64,000 nt of DNA from positions 384,001 through 448,000 of the forward strand of contig OY970340.1 of the NCBI GenBank assembly GCA_963717465.1, given 5' to 3'. A model generated the notes under the pieces. The model was given only the letters and a program-made list of their open reading frames with translations, did no database searches and was not told the DNA's origin. Origin of the DNA: Candidatus Bathyarchaeota archaeon (GTDB lineage Archaea > Thermoproteota > Bathyarchaeia > Bathyarchaeales > Bathycorpusculaceae). Below are positions 42,955 to 53,412 of the stretch, in pieces. The translations under genes and the position numbers were made by a program. How positions within the stretch are numbered: position 1 is the stretch's first letter; the number at the start of each line of letters is the position of its first letter.

Positions 42955-44195
42955 TCAGGTTTGCTTGTTTTTTTCATTTTTTTTGCTTTTTGTTTTTTTC
43001 AGAGCATTGTACATTCTTGTTTGCAGTCCCCACAGTTCAATGAAACCGTGAGAATACGATTGGTTAAACGTAGTTTTGATGTTGTAATTAGCTAGGTTTT
43101 TATCGTAAAGCGACATTGGGGATGATCGCCCGATTACTTGAAGCCCACCCTTGTAGAGTTTCAGTTTTACTTCTCCATTGACGTTTTCTTGTGACTTGTT
43201 AATGAATGCATCCAAGTCATCCTTCAATGGATCCACCCACAGACCAGCGTAGGCTAGGAATACCCATTGAGCATCAATTTGTTGCTTAAACAAGACTTCA
43301 TGGCGAGTCATCACCATTTTCTCCAAGTCTTTGTGAGCCTCTAAAATTACTGTTGCAGCTGGACACTCGTAGATTTCTCGGGATTTTATCCCTACCAAAC
43401 GATCTTCAATATGGTCAATTCTGCCGACCCCGTTTCTTCCAGCAATTTTATTTACTTCTTGAATGAGTTTTAGCGGCTTCATTTTTTCATCGTTAACGGC
43501 GATGGGCACTCCAGCTTCAAACTTTAATGTAACTACTTCTGGCTTACTAGGAGCCTTTTCAGGAGAAACCGTCCATTCATAGGCATCATCAGGCGGCTCT
43601 TGACTTGCATCCTCCAGTAAGCCGCATTCGATTGCTCTTCCCCAAACGCTTGCATCTATACTGTATTTTTTTGCCGCAGTTGAAACGGGGATATCTTTTG
43701 TTTTCGCGTAGGCAATTTCTTCTTCACGCGTCATGCCCCATTCGCGGACAGGAGCAAGCACTTTCATGTCTGGCGCAAGTGAACCTAAGGTTACGTCAAA
43801 GCGCACTTGATCATTGCCTCGTCCAGTGCAACCATGAGCTAAGCCTGTTGCACCTTCCTTCACGGCGACGTCAACCATTTTCTTAGCGATTAATGGCCGG
43901 GAGAGACTTGTGCTGATGGGGTATTTGCCCTCGTAAAGTGCGTTGGCTTTAACGGCTGGAAAAATATAGTCTTGGGCAAACTCGTCTTTAGCATCGATTG
44001 AGAAATGTTTTAGAACGCCCAGCTTCTGAGCTTTTTTTCCAATTTCTGCTAAGTCTTCTTGCTGCCCAACATCAACTGTTACGGTTATAACTTGTGCATT
44101 GTACTTTTCTTGAATGTACTTGATTAGAACGGAGGTGTCTAATCCGCCGGAATATGCTAACACGATTTTTTCTGTTATTTTGTTTGCTCCCCCAT
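42955..44195 (-). CDS. argG: Argininosuccinate synthase (start approximate; possible indel in the G-run after ATG 44195)
   Basis: LAYSGGLDTS, HGCTGRGNDQVRF, GIKSREIYECP. Confidence 0.96.
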
Positions 44196-44235
44196 TTTTT
44201 GTTTCGAATTATTCCCCTTACCTTGCGGGCTGTAT

Positions 44236-44293
44236 TTTTAAACTTTGTGACTTTTTTGTTACTTAAGAAAATTTAAATGTCCCATTTGATACA
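44236..44293. promoter_or_regulatory. TATA plus two-box element upstream of argG, copy 1
   Basis: 42/58 nt identical, ungapped, to 56037-56094 upstream of lysW. Confidence 0.8.
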
Positions 44294-44309
44294 TTTGAGT
44301 TAGTTTAGC

Positions 44310-44888
44310 ATGACAATCGCTCAAAACGTGAGAAATCACCTAAAAAACAAACCTTACCTGCTTGAAGCTTTAGAGAAAGGAATAGTTAACTTAAGCGAAT
44401 TATCAAGACAAATTCAAGAGGAATTAAAAACCAACAACACTAGTGCGGTTAAAGCCGCACTGAGACGCTTCTCCGAGGAACTGCAAAAACACAAACAAAA
44501 AAGAGAGGAAAAAGTACTTCACATCTTGAGATCAAGTGACATAATAGTTTATGATCGGAAAGCTGTTATGATAACGATGAAGGAAATCGAATTAAAGAAC
44601 GGCTTAAAAGTTGATTTACTCGGCAAACATGTTTACTTGATGGATAGAAACGATTTGCCAGAACGCGTAAACTCGCTTGTTAAACATGATAACTGCACGA
44701 TGATTGTTGTTCATTCCCCTGAGGAGCTGGAAGCAACCCCGGGAGTAGTTGCTTTCTTAACAACCTTACTAGCTGAGCAGAACGTGAACATAATTGAGTT
44801 TATTTCATGTTGGACAGAAACAATCATCGTTGTAGAAAAAAAAGACAGCCTAAAAGCTTATGAAGTTTTATCTAACACTGTGGATTAA
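44310..44888 (+). CDS. ACT-domain protein with N-terminal HTH-like region; putative amino-acid-responsive regulator
   Basis: GIVNLSELSRQI...AVKAALRR N-terminus; TPGVVAFLTTLLAEQNVNIIEFISCWTE ACT domain; divergent from argG. Confidence 0.8.
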   Translation: MTIAQNVRNHLKNKPYLLEALEKGIVNLSELSRQIQEELKTNNTSAVKAALRRFSEELQKHKQKREEKVLHILRSSDIIVYDRKAVMITMKEIELKNGLKVDLLGKHVYLMDRNDLPERVNSLVKHDNCTMIVVHSPEELEATPGVVAFLTTLLAEQNVNIIEFISCWTETIIVVEKKDSLKAYEVLSNTVD

Positions 44889-44957
44889 AATGCACGAATA
44901 AACAGAAAAAAACACTTAAAGCAACATTGATAAAGCATGCTAAAATAAGAGAGGAAA

Positions 44958-45911
44958 ATGATGCCCTTAAAACAAGTCACACTTAAATCACCGGCTACGA
45001 GTGCTAACCTTGGTCCTGGCTTTGATGTTTTCGGGTTAGCCTTAGATCAGCCAAGCGATAAAGTAATATTAACATCTATTTCAAGAGAAATAAGAATACA
45101 AATAAACGGGCTTTCAGCAAACACAATTTCGCCTGTTCCAGAAAAAAATACTGCAGGAATTGTTGCCAAAAAAATAATGACAGATTTCTCAATAGGAACG
45201 GGTTTACTGATAAAAATTGAAAAAGGCATCATACCAGGAAAAGGCCTTGGAAGTAGCGCCGCGTCAGCTGCAGCGGTGGCTTACGGTTTAAACCGAATGT
45301 TCAACCTCGGCTTAGATAATGTTAAACTAATTGAGTACGCTGCAAAAGGAGAAGTTGCCTCAGCAGGTTCAGAACATGCAGATAATGTTTCAGCAACAAT
45401 ATGCGGAGACTTTGTAATAATCAAGTCGTACAATCCGCTACAAATAGTAAACTATGAATGCCCCAAAAACATGGAAATAAGCATAGCACTTCCAAAAATG
45501 GTTACACCTCCAAAAAAGACTGAAAAAGCCCGTTCAGTAATCCCAAAAATGATACCATTAGAAAAACTGGTCTATAACGTGGGAAAAGCTGCAGCTATGG
45601 CAAGCGGTTTCGCGGCAGGAAACGTTGATTTAATAGGGGAATCAATGTGTGATGATGTTGTAGAACCTGCTAGAGCCCCGTTAATTCCAGGCTACGCTAT
45701 GGTTAAGGAAAATGCATTAAAGGCAGGAGCATGCGGAGTAGCAATAAGCGGGGCAGGACCAGGCATGCTTGCGGTGGTTAACAAGAAAAAAGCTGATGCA
45801 ACCAAAGTTGCTTTGGCGATGAAAGAAGGCTTCAAATCAGCCGGGTTAGATTCGATTGTTATTGCAACTAAGCCTGGAAAGGGTGTAAGTTTACTGGAGA
45901 TAAAACAATGA
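44958..45911 (+). CDS. thrB: Homoserine kinase
   Basis: PATSANLGPGFDV, GLGSSAAS, HADNV, ISGAGP. Confidence 0.95.
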   Translation: MMPLKQVTLKSPATSANLGPGFDVFGLALDQPSDKVILTSISREIRIQINGLSANTISPVPEKNTAGIVAKKIMTDFSIGTGLLIKIEKGIIPGKGLGSSAASAAAVAYGLNRMFNLGLDNVKLIEYAAKGEVASAGSEHADNVSATICGDFVIIKSYNPLQIVNYECPKNMEISIALPKMVTPPKKTEKARSVIPKMIPLEKLVYNVGKAAAMASGFAAGNVDLIGESMCDDVVEPARAPLIPGYAMVKENALKAGACGVAISGAGPGMLAVVNKKKADATKVALAMKEGFKSAGLDSIVIATKPGKGVSLLEIKQ

Positions 45912-47164
45912 CTCATCAAGAATGTATAAAATGTGGGGCAAAATACGATATAGACGAGATTGTCTATTTTTGCAAGAAATGCAGAGATATTCTTGAAATA
46001 AAAATTGATTTCGATGAGTTATCAGAAACACTGAAAACAAGCGAATGGAAAAAAACGCCGATTTCAGTCTGGCGGTATAAAGATTTTATGCCTATTCATG
46101 AAGCCGCAAGGGTTGTCACATTAAATGAGGGGGGAACCGGTCTTCACCGTTCCAATCGGTTAGGCGACGAGTTAGGATTAAAAAATCTTTACGTCAAAAA
46201 CGAAGGAGAAAATCCCACAGGATCTTTCAAAGACAGAGGCATGACTGTCGGCGTAACGAAAGCCACAGAACTCGGCGCAATACATGTCATATGCGCTTCA
46301 ACGGGCAATACTTCAGCAAGTTTAGCAGCTTACGCTGCAAGAGCAGGCTTAAAATGCACAGTGCTAATCCCCTCGGGTAAAATTGCTTACGGAAAACTTT
46401 CTCAAGCCATGATTCACGGCGCTAAAGTGTTGCAGGTTCGAGGCAACTTTGACCAAGCTTTAGAATTTGTACTTGAACTTGCCGAAAAACATAACAGTAT
46501 TTACCTTTTGAACTCGATTAATCCGTTCAGGATTGAAGGACAAAAATCTCTCGGGTATGAGATTTGTGAACAATTAAACAATGAAGCGCCTGATCGGGTT
46601 ATTGTACCTGTTGGTAATGCTGGAAACATAAGCGCTATTTGGAAGGGCTTCACTGAATTTCATAAGTTAGGTTTCATAAAGTCGCTTCCTAAAATGACAG
46701 GCATTCAAGCAGTTGGCTCAGCGCCTATAGTTCAAGCAATCAAAAATAACAGTGATGAAATTACGCCAGTGCCTAATCCTGAAACAGTCGCTACTGCTAT
46801 ACGCATCGGTGCGCCAGTAAGCTGGAGAAAAGCAGTAAACGCAATACGAGACTCCTTTGGAACAGCCGAAACAGTTACTGACGACGAAATCTTGGATGCC
46901 CAAAAACTGTTGGCACGTGTTGAAGGAATTTTTGTCGAGCCGGCAAGCGCATCGTCAATTGCAGGGTTAAAGAAGCTAGTCAGTATGGGAGTTATTGATA
47001 GAGACGAGCGTATAGTCTGTGTAACAACTGGTCACGGACTTAAAGATCCTGATACAGCAGTTAAGATGAGCGAGAAACCAGTTGAAGTTGACGCTGATAT
47101 AAGCGCTATCGAAAACGTTTTAGGATTAAAAGGGCAAACAACAACGCCTTTCTCGGTGAATTAG
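45908..47164 (+). CDS. thrC: Threonine synthase
   Basis: NPTGSFKDRG, ASTGNTSAS, PVGNAGN, TGHGLKDP. Confidence 0.96.
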   Translation: MTHQECIKCGAKYDIDEIVYFCKKCRDILEIKIDFDELSETLKTSEWKKTPISVWRYKDFMPIHEAARVVTLNEGGTGLHRSNRLGDELGLKNLYVKNEGENPTGSFKDRGMTVGVTKATELGAIHVICASTGNTSASLAAYAARAGLKCTVLIPSGKIAYGKLSQAMIHGAKVLQVRGNFDQALEFVLELAEKHNSIYLLNSINPFRIEGQKSLGYEICEQLNNEAPDRVIVPVGNAGNISAIWKGFTEFHKLGFIKSLPKMTGIQAVGSAPIVQAIKNNSDEITPVPNPETVATAIRIGAPVSWRKAVNAIRDSFGTAETVTDDEILDAQKLLARVEGIFVEPASASSIAGLKKLVSMGVIDRDERIVCVTTGHGLKDPDTAVKMSEKPVEVDADISAIENVLGLKGQTTTPFSVN

Positions 47165-48190
47165 ATGAGGATAATCCTAATAGGTTACGGTATTGTAGGT
47201 CGAGGCTTAATAGATATTCTCCAGCGTCGCCAAGCTGAAAACTTGAAAAACTTTGGGTTAAATCCGAAAATTGTAGCCGTTGTTGATATAGATGGCGCAA
47301 TCACAAATCCTAGAGGATTAGATTTCGAAAGACTGCAACTGCTTAAGAAAGAACGCACAGTTTCAATTGACAAGGAATTTGGTCACCCCAAAATGTCTGC
47401 TTCTGAAGTCTTAGACTCGATCGAAGCTGAAGTTGTTGTTGAAGCGACTCCGACAAACATAAAGAATGCTGAACCTGCACTTTCGCATATAACTAAAGCT
47501 TTCAAAACAGGCAAACATGTTGTTACCACAAACAAGGGACCACTAGCTTTAGCTATGCCTGCATTAACCGAATTGGCAGATTACAATCGAGTGCACCTGC
47601 GTTTTAGCGGAACCGTTGGCGGTGGAACCCCTATGCTCGAATTTGCCAAAAGATGCCTTGCAGGAGACAGAATCATGGCTATTCGCGGCATCCTAAACGG
47701 CACAACCAACTATATCCTAACAGAAATGAGCCAAAAACACATGCCCTTCGAGCAAGCTCTTGCCAACGCACAGAAACTGGGTTACGCTGAAACCAATCCA
47801 TCCATGGATGTCGACGGTTTCGATGCAGCATGTAAAATCGTGATAATGTCTAATTGGATAATGAACAAGAAATGCACTCTAAAAGATGCCAGCATCAAAG
47901 GCATAAGAGACGTTGCTTTAAATTCTCTTAAAAACGCCGCTAAGAAAGGCAACACTATAAAACTTATCGCTTCAGTAGATGATGACAAACCTAAGGTTGC
48001 CCCAACAGAGGTCGCGTTAAATAATCCTCTATGTGTCAGCGGGGTGCTTAACGCTGTTACCTTCGTCTCTGAATTTGCAGGAGAAGAAACTATTGTCGGC
48101 CGAGGCGCCGGAGGCATGGAGACGGCGAGTGCAGTTTTAAGAGACCTCTTAGACATAAGACATAAGTTAGCAACTAAAATGTTAACATAA
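47165..48190 (+). CDS. hom: Homoserine dehydrogenase
   Basis: GYGIVG, TTNKGP, GILNGTTNYIL, AQKLGYAE, GRGAG. Confidence 0.95.
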   Translation: MRIILIGYGIVGRGLIDILQRRQAENLKNFGLNPKIVAVVDIDGAITNPRGLDFERLQLLKKERTVSIDKEFGHPKMSASEVLDSIEAEVVVEATPTNIKNAEPALSHITKAFKTGKHVVTTNKGPLALAMPALTELADYNRVHLRFSGTVGGGTPMLEFAKRCLAGDRIMAIRGILNGTTNYILTEMSQKHMPFEQALANAQKLGYAETNPSMDVDGFDAACKIVIMSNWIMNKKCTLKDASIKGIRDVALNSLKNAAKKGNTIKLIASVDDDKPKVAPTEVALNNPLCVSGVLNAVTFVSEFAGEETIVGRGAGGMETASAVLRDLLDIRHKLATKMLT

Positions 48191-48206
48191 ACAAGGGACT
48201 GGAAAA

Positions 48207-49613
48207 ATGAAGATAGTGATGAAGTTCGGTGGAACCAGTGTTGCCAAAGGCGAAAACATTCGTCATGTAGCGGACCTGGTTGTTAAGAATGCAAAAGGTA
48301 ACAAGGTCATCGTTGTTGTTTCAGCGTTGGCAACTGTTACGAATAAGCTTATTGACATGGCTGAGCAAGCCGCAAAGAGCGAAGAAAAACAAATCCAACA
48401 GTTCACAACGGAGCTACTTGAAAGACATTTGGACGAAATCGCTTCAGCCATAACCGATAAAAAAATTCAAAAAGAAACCGAGCAAATCACAAGAAAATCA
48501 ATTACAGAACTTGAAAAAGTTCTAACGGGCATATGCTATGTTCGGGAGTTAACACCTAAATCCAAAGATTACGTGCTATCCTTTGGAGAGAGGCTTTCTG
48601 CACCAATAGTCAACGGTGCAATTAAAGACCACAATTTGGAAGCCCAATGGTTCACCGGAAAAGATGCAGGAATCGTGACAGACTCAAATTTTGGCGATGC
48701 CAGCCCGCTGATGAATTTTACCACACATCTTCTACGGGAAAAACTTGAACCGCTATTGGAGAAAGGCGTTATCCCAGTTATAAGCGGATACATCGCTGCC
48801 AACCAAGATGGCGTAGTAACAACGCTTGGACGCGGCGGCTCTGATTATACGGCTACTATACTGGGCGCTGCGTTAGAGGCGGATGAAGTTTGGATTTGGA
48901 CTGATGTTGACGGTATATTGACTACTGATCCAAAGATTGTTCCGAAAGCAAAAATGCTCAGCCAACTTAGCTATCAGGAAGCAGCTGAAATGGCGATTTT
49001 CGGCGCCAAAGCCATGCATCCCCGTGCACTTGAACCTGCAATTAGAGAAACCATTCCGGTCAGAATAAGAAGCGTTTTCAACCCTGCAAACTCTGGAACC
49101 CTCATCACGAAACATCCGAAGGCGAAAGCTTCAGAAGTCGTCAAAGCCGTTGCCATGATTAGAAACGTGGCAATGCTTAATGTTAACGGTGCTGGCATGG
49201 TTGGCGCACCAGGCAGCTACGCCAAAGTTTTTGAAGTACTGGGCAAGAACGGCATAAACGTAATGATGATTTCCACCGCAGTTTCCGAAGCCAACATGAG
49301 CCTGATAATACGACGAAACCTGCTGGCAAGGGCAGTAAGTACAATTGAAATAGCGTTAATGGATGGCAAAAGCGTCGTCAACGAAGTAACATCAGAGGAC
49401 GACGTCTGCGTCATCGCAGTGATGGGAGCAAACATGAAAGGCACGCTCGGCGTGGCCTCAAAAATATTTGAAACCGTAGCAAAAGCAGGCATAAACATAC
49501 GCATGATTGCACAAGGCTCATCTGAACTGAACGTTTCATTTGTAGTCGCAGAAAAAGACGGAGAAGCAGTAGTGAAAGCCATTCATGATGAATTCAAACT
49601 TGACAAACTATGA
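48207..49613 (+). CDS. lysC: Aspartate kinase
   Basis: MKFGGTSV, TLGRGGSDYTA, WTDVDG, two ACT domains. Confidence 0.96.
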   Translation: MKIVMKFGGTSVAKGENIRHVADLVVKNAKGNKVIVVVSALATVTNKLIDMAEQAAKSEEKQIQQFTTELLERHLDEIASAITDKKIQKETEQITRKSITELEKVLTGICYVRELTPKSKDYVLSFGERLSAPIVNGAIKDHNLEAQWFTGKDAGIVTDSNFGDASPLMNFTTHLLREKLEPLLEKGVIPVISGYIAANQDGVVTTLGRGGSDYTATILGAALEADEVWIWTDVDGILTTDPKIVPKAKMLSQLSYQEAAEMAIFGAKAMHPRALEPAIRETIPVRIRSVFNPANSGTLITKHPKAKASEVVKAVAMIRNVAMLNVNGAGMVGAPGSYAKVFEVLGKNGINVMMISTAVSEANMSLIIRRNLLARAVSTIEIALMDGKSVVNEVTSEDDVCVIAVMGANMKGTLGVASKIFETVAKAGINIRMIAQGSSELNVSFVVAEKDGEAVVKAIHDEFKLDKL

Positions 49614-49631
49614 TTCTTCTAACTTGTGAAT

Positions 49632-50252
49632 TTATTTTCTGGCTAGAATCGCGTTCCATGGCGTGTTATCTTTAGTGAAAATTTGAACATCCGCAAAACC
49701 GACAGATTGCATGATATCGCTTATTTCTTGCAACGGAAAAAGATGCACCTGCGTTTGCTGGATCAGTTTTGCATTTTTAATCTCATACACACCGTCCTTT
49801 ACCATTTCGTTCACCATAAGCAGTTTTCCATCTGGTTTTAATACTCGTTTTATTTCTTGCAGAGCCTCAGAAAAATTAGGCCAAAAATAATATGTCTCAA
49901 TAGCTGTTACCAGATCAAAGAGATTATCTGAAAAACCCATTTTCCCAACTGACTCTTCAATTATCTCCACACGATTTTGGGCAATCAATTTCTTGTTAAC
50001 TTTTTTGGAGTACTCAACCATATCAGCGGAATAGTCGATGCCAAAAACTTTTCCCGTAGCCACTCGTTGAGCTAACCGGCTAACAGTTGCGCCGCCACCA
50101 CAACCCACATCCAAAATTAGATAATCCGACTCGATTTGCGCATGCGATAAACCCCACAATGTTAAGGGAGCATGTCCGCGATTCATCATTGCAGCAACGA
50201 GTCTGCCTCGAAGGCCTTTTGGGTGTTTAAATTGATTCATTATTCCAAACAT
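49632..50252 (-). CDS. Class I SAM-dependent methyltransferase
   Basis: LDVGCGGG, GIDYS, RVLKPDG. Confidence 0.88.
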   Translation of the reverse strand: MFGIMNQFKHPKGLRGRLVAAMMNRGHAPLTLWGLSHAQIESDYLILDVGCGGGATVSRLAQRVATGKVFGIDYSADMVEYSKKVNKKLIAQNRVEIIEESVGKMGFSDNLFDLVTAIETYYFWPNFSEALQEIKRVLKPDGKLLMVNEMVKDGVYEIKNAKLIQQTQVHLFPLQEISDIMQSVGFADVQIFTKDNTPWNAILARK

Positions 50253-50278
50253 CGATTGTCCCCAAAACGGGAAAAATT

Positions 50279-51424
50279 CTATGACGTTTGCTTTCCGTTG
50301 CCATTGTTCTTGTGTAGCTCAGACAGTTTCAGGATTGTTTCTTTGTAAACTTGGATGCTGTCTAAGTATTCACTTATGTCAATGTGCTCATCAGTTGTAT
50401 GGTCTAAGTGTGATTCGCCGGGTCCATAAGTGACTATTGGCAGGTTCATAGCTTTGCCTAAAATGTTCATGTCGCCGGTTCCTGTCTTTCGCAGAAGCGT
50501 TGCAGGTTTGTTAAGGACTTTTCTAACTGAAGCGGAAAGTGCATGCACAAGCGGCGAAGCTTTGTTTACTTCGAACGGTTCGACTGTGTCCTCGATGGAA
50601 GCTTTTACGTAGATTTTTGGGTTAGCTATCCTGAACCATGAAAATATTTTTTGGAGATCCTCAAAGACTTGGCTGGCAGTATATTGCGGAGGAACCCTAA
50701 CGTCAATGAACATTTCGCTTTCATAAGGAATTACCGAGTTACCTCTGCCGCCAGAGAGTTTAGTTAGGCAGACTGTTACAACGTTAAAGGGGCTTTCTTG
50801 ATTCTCCTGTTTATCAGTCGGCGAGTAAATGTACGCACTTTTTATTTGACCCCAAAGCTCGTTTGCTTTTTCAAGAGCATTATCGTAAAGCCACGGCGTG
50901 GAAGAGTGCCCAGTTTGCAGTTTCAGCACTACTTTAAGCTGTATTTGACCCTTATAGCCGATTGTTATATTTTCAACTCCACTGGGCTCGCCGAAAATTG
51001 CGTAATCAGCCTTTATACCCTCTGATATCAAGTGTCTAATTCCGCTACTAGTAGCCTCTTCCTCCACGACGCTGGCAACTAATACGCTGCCACTAAACGA
51101 CGGGTCCTTAGCGGCATATGCAGCGCCTAAAACAAGTGCGGCAAGCGGGCCTTTAGCGTCAACAGCTCCGCGAGCGAATATTTTTCCTTCTTCAATTCGA
51201 AGGGGGATATGCCCTGAAACAGTGTCCATGTGACCGCACAGCATAATTGTGGGTTCACCTTTGCCTAAGAAGCCTACCACGTTGCCGATTCTGTCTTTTC
51301 CAACGTCAAACCCTAGCTTAACCATTTCTTCAGCTAGGAAATTGGCTATCTCCTCCTCTTTGCCAGAAGGACTGTAAATGCCCAACAGGTTAGTTAGAAA
51401 CCGTACTGCTGCTTGCTCGCTCAC
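50279..51424 (-). CDS. lysK: [LysW]-lysine/[LysW]-ornithine hydrolase (M20 family)
   Basis: GHMDTV, GAVDAKGP, VEEE, GEPS, KTGTGDMN, YGPG..DH; last biosynthetic gene of the lysW operon. Confidence 0.9.
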   Translation of the reverse strand: MSEQAAVRFLTNLLGIYSPSGKEEEIANFLAEEMVKLGFDVGKDRIGNVVGFLGKGEPTIMLCGHMDTVSGHIPLRIEEGKIFARGAVDAKGPLAALVLGAAYAAKDPSFSGSVLVASVVEEEATSSGIRHLISEGIKADYAIFGEPSGVENITIGYKGQIQLKVVLKLQTGHSSTPWLYDNALEKANELWGQIKSAYIYSPTDKQENQESPFNVVTVCLTKLSGGRGNSVIPYESEMFIDVRVPPQYTASQVFEDLQKIFSWFRIANPKIYVKASIEDTVEPFEVNKASPLVHALSASVRKVLNKPATLLRKTGTGDMNILGKAMNLPIVTYGPGESHLDHTTDEHIDISEYLDSIQVYKETILKLSELHKNNGNGKQTS

Positions 51425-52605
51425 GTTCTTCCTCTCCTAAAACTTCGTCAAGAACTGAAAGGGCCTTATCAATTTGCGCTTTATCAATTACTAATGGAGG
51501 CAACAGGCGCACGACAGTTTTGCCTGCGTCAAGTACAAGAACACCTTTTTCTAATGCTTTAAGGATCACGCTTAAGAACATCATACCGAAGTTCAACGCC
51601 AAGCATTAAGCCTAAACCGCGAACTTCCTTGATAATCTTATGGTTAGCCTGAAGTTCTTCCAGTTTGCTCTTGAAGTATTTGCCGTTGACTGCTGCCCTC
51701 TCAGCAAGCTTCTCCTCAACTAGCACATCTATAGCTGCGCATCCTGCTGCACAAACCAGTGGGCTACCACTAAAAGTGGTTGAGTGCTCACCAACTTTAA
51801 GCGAAGACATAATGTTCTCTTTAGCTACAGTTATGCCGATTGGTAAGCCGCCAGCAAACGGCTTAGCTAAACACATTACATCCGGCGTGACGCCCCAGTT
51901 TTCGCACCCGAAAAGTTTGCCCGTACGCCCAAAACTTGTTTGCACTTCATCAAACATTAACAAGACGCCCTTTTGACTACAGATTTCGCGGACTTCCCGC
52001 AGGTAGCCGTCTGGTGGAACCCGCACGCCGCCTTCACCGCGAATCGGCTCCATGAGAACCGCAGCTGTTTTATCAGTTATTGCTTCGCTTATTTTTTGAG
52101 CATTGTCAGGGGGCACATGCTTAATTTCTGGAACCAAGGGCTGGAAGGGCTCGCGGTACTTTTTGTCCCATGTTGCGGATAGGGCGCCCATTGTTTTTCC
52201 GTGAAAGGCTCCCATTAACGCGATTATTTCTGGTTTTCCAGTGAACTTGCGTGCCAGTTTAATGGCGCATTCGATGGATTCCGCGCCGCTGTTTGACAAG
52301 AACGCTTTATCCAAACCCTTTGGAGTTATGCTTACGAGTTTTTGTAGGAATTCAGATCGTTTATCGTTGTAGTAGCCGCTGTGGCATGAAATCAATTTTT
52401 CAGCTTGATTGGAAATTGCGCTTACAATTTTTGGGTGACAATGACCAAGCAACGCAACGCCATAACTGCTCGAGCAATCCACATATTCTTTGCCGTTTAT
52501 GTCCCAAACAATGGCTCCTTTACCTTTCGTTAATACTACGGGTCTTTTGGCGAAGACATTTGCCATAAAACGGTTTTCAGTTTCAATAACAGTTTTTTCA
52601 TCCAC
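51390..52605 (-). CDS. lysJ: [LysW]-semialdehyde aminotransferase (frameshift near 51565)
   Basis: Class III aminotransferase: NSGAES, FHGKT, DEVQT, LAK, HSTTF; VRLLPPL in the second frame. Confidence 0.9.
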
Positions 52606-53407
52606 TTGTTATCACGGTACCTGCCTTTCGATTTATAACATTACTTATCGGGTTTTCTCCCTCACCTGAAGTAACTAAAACTTCACTGACGCCTTGATTG
52701 AGAGCTTCCAATGCCGCATGCACCTTAGTGCTCATCCCTTGCCCAACACTGGATAAGACTTCCTTAACCTCAGTTGCAGTTATTTTCGGTACAACTTCAC
52801 CTTTAAGCTTCAAGCCTTGAACATCTGTCAAAAGGATTAAGCAGTCAGCTTTTAAGGCACCTGCAATTATGGCGGCTGTTCGGTCACCATCAACGTTTAA
52901 CGGCTCAAAGTCTTGGCTAATCGAAATAGGCGTAACTATTGGCACGTAGCCATGTTCAAGCAGCAGATGCAGCAGTTCAGTGTTAACTTTGGTTATTTTT
53001 CCCGTGTAGCCGCCATCGATTACTTTTTTTCTGCCACGCTCATCAACCGCGATTAGTTTTGTTTTGCGTTCAGCCGAAAGAAAGCCGGCATCTAAACCTG
53101 TTATGCCTACAGCGTTTACGCCTTGGCTTTGTAATGCTAGAACTATTTGCTTGTTAATCTTGCCAGCCATAACCATAGTGTAAATTTCTATTGTTTCCTT
53201 GTCAGTGTAGCGGCTCCGGAAGCCTTCAGGGGAAATTATGAATTTTTGTTCTTTGCCCAGCTTAGAAGCGATGTCGGTGACTTCTGCTCCTCCACCGTGA
53301 ACCAACACGATTTTGTGCTCTTTTGCGACTTCCTTTACGTCCGCAACGAGGGATTGCGCTGCGCCTTCTTTGAGAATGCTTCCGCCCATTTTTATTACAA
53401 GCAGCAT
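52598..53407 (-). CDS. lysZ: [LysW]-aminoadipate/glutamate kinase
   Basis: VIKMGGS, VHGGG, SRYTD, NVDGDR, GMSTK. Confidence 0.92.
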   Translation of the reverse strand: MLLVIKMGGSILKEGAAQSLVADVKEVAKEHKIVLVHGGGAEVTDIASKLGKEQKFIISPEGFRSRYTDKETIEIYTMVMAGKINKQIVLALQSQGVNAVGITGLDAGFLSAERKTKLIAVDERGRKKVIDGGYTGKITKVNTELLHLLLEHGYVPIVTPISISQDFEPLNVDGDRTAAIIAGALKADCLILLTDVQGLKLKGEVVPKITATEVKEVLSSVGQGMSTKVHAALEALNQGVSEVLVTSGEGENPISNVINRKAGTVITSG

Positions 53408-53412
53408 AATTA

